This document shows positions 62,791-64,000 of a stretch of DNA of 64,000 nucleotides, piece after piece; within the stretch, counting starts at the first letter, position 1, and every line of letters begins with the position of its first letter. This stretch comes from Negaprion brevirostris (Eukaryota), in NCBI GenBank assembly GCA_030324005.1, contig JARDVH010000073.1:42176841-42240840 (forward strand), given 5' to 3'. The position numbers were made by a program, and so were the translations under genes. The notes under the pieces were generated by a model that ran no database searches, was not told the origin of the DNA, and worked only from the letters and a program-made list of their open reading frames with translations.

Positions 62791-63929
62791 TGGAAATAGG
62801 TGGTGGGGCTGGCAGGAGAGGGTTGGGAGATGGACACAAAATATCAGCTTCCAGGTAACCTCTTATGCAGAGTAATGCTGCACAGAATCACTACAAAAAG
62901 GTGCAGAATTGGCACTTACAATAGTTATAATCTGTGACAATACACCTCTGCTTTAATGTTGAGCACTGGACACATTCAGGCAGTAGCAGATATTACACAG
63001 TGTTATGTTCTGGTCCATTAAGCTAATATAAATAAAACGCCTTGTTCCTTTTGCTGCAAAACAATCAGATACTTGCTTATGAACTTGTTGGAGCTTGACA
63101 AGTTTCTACCAGACATTAGTCATTTTACCAGATGTAATGATGTCATTACCTTACCATTGTTATTTTTAAAACATTTTACTGGAGATGATGTCACCATGTC
63201 AAATCTTGATAAATGGAAATTATTTTCCTTGGGAAAGTTTACTTTGAAAGATCTAAATTCTAACTACAGGATCATATCCCTCTTTCTACCCACTTCACTG
63301 GTGAACAGCCAGCCATTCAGTGACATCCTGACCACCCTTGCACCCTCCCCCAATGCCACTGCGTCAGCTGTAGGGCCATTGCTTTCATCAGTATTCAGAA
63401 TTGAATACTGGCTGGAGATGTACTCTTGCATTTTCTACCTCTATTCCTTCTTGACTGCCTGGTGGGCATCCATTTCCTCTTTCCCCGCATACTCTATAAC
63501 TGTGGAATGACCATGTCTGTAAATGTGCTCGCTGTGCAGTGTAGCACCAGCTGACGTTCAGGCTCTGAGTTTCAGATGGAGGGAACATTGGTTGGGCTGG
63601 GTGGGGGAACAGAGAGTGAAGGTGCAAGGAAGGAAACTCTTACCAGACTAGTAAAAACTAATGTTAATGACAGAAGGACTTTTCATAGTTTAAAATACTT
63701 CCTACCCAAAGCGTGGATTGCATTCCTATAGACCATCATTCGTGACTTGTCTGATCAGCTCGTTAGTGAGATACAAGTTCTACCTCTCCAAGTTATTGTT
63801 TACTTGCTGCACAATCACTGTTTATAAAATATACCAAATTTAATTTCTATACCACCAAGCTCTTTTGCGAAGGAACAGCTGAGAAATCATCATTATTTAT
63901 AGCTTAATCTAAAACACTTAATCTCTGCT

Positions 63930-64000
63930 GGAGATGGGAGCACAGTGGTAATGTCACTGGACTAGAGTGCTCTTGCCATGGATTCAAATCCCACCACAGT
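63930..64000 (+). mobile_element. 5' head of tRNA-derived SINE family B (truncated by window edge)
   Basis: gcacagtggtaatgtcactggactag...ggattcaaatcccacca as at 31505-31575. Confidence 0.65.

Overview
Vertebrate (very probably shark/elasmobranch) genomic DNA from a gapped draft assembly. It is mostly intron, densely filled with decayed CR1, Rex-Babar, RTE and Tx1 LINE fragments, V-domain (HE1-like) and other SINEs, GC-rich MITE-like elements and Penelope-like elements (PLEs). The host gene is ARHGAP8 (BPGAP1; BCH/Sec14 + proline-rich + RhoGAP) on the minus strand. Nine exons were traced by hand with GT-AG boundaries and consistent phases, from a probable start exon at 46425-46530 to the arginine-finger exon at 6855-6932; the 3' exons were not found and probably lie left of base 1. 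The most unusual object is in the first coding intron: a ~2.3 kb unit (43990-46298) bounded by a perfect 13-bp target-site duplication and PLE pseudo-LTR ends with a hammerhead-ribozyme motif. Its cargo is the complete, uninterrupted first coding exon of an unrelated gene, DISP3/PTCHD2 (318 codons), with both splice sites, in sense orientation and splice-phase-compatible with the next ARHGAP8 exon. This reads as PLE-mediated exon transduction with potential for a DISP3-ARHGAP8 chimera. A repeat-induced misassembly next to a 100-N gap cannot be excluded from sequence alone. All homology calls are from recalled protein/repeat knowledge, not database searches.
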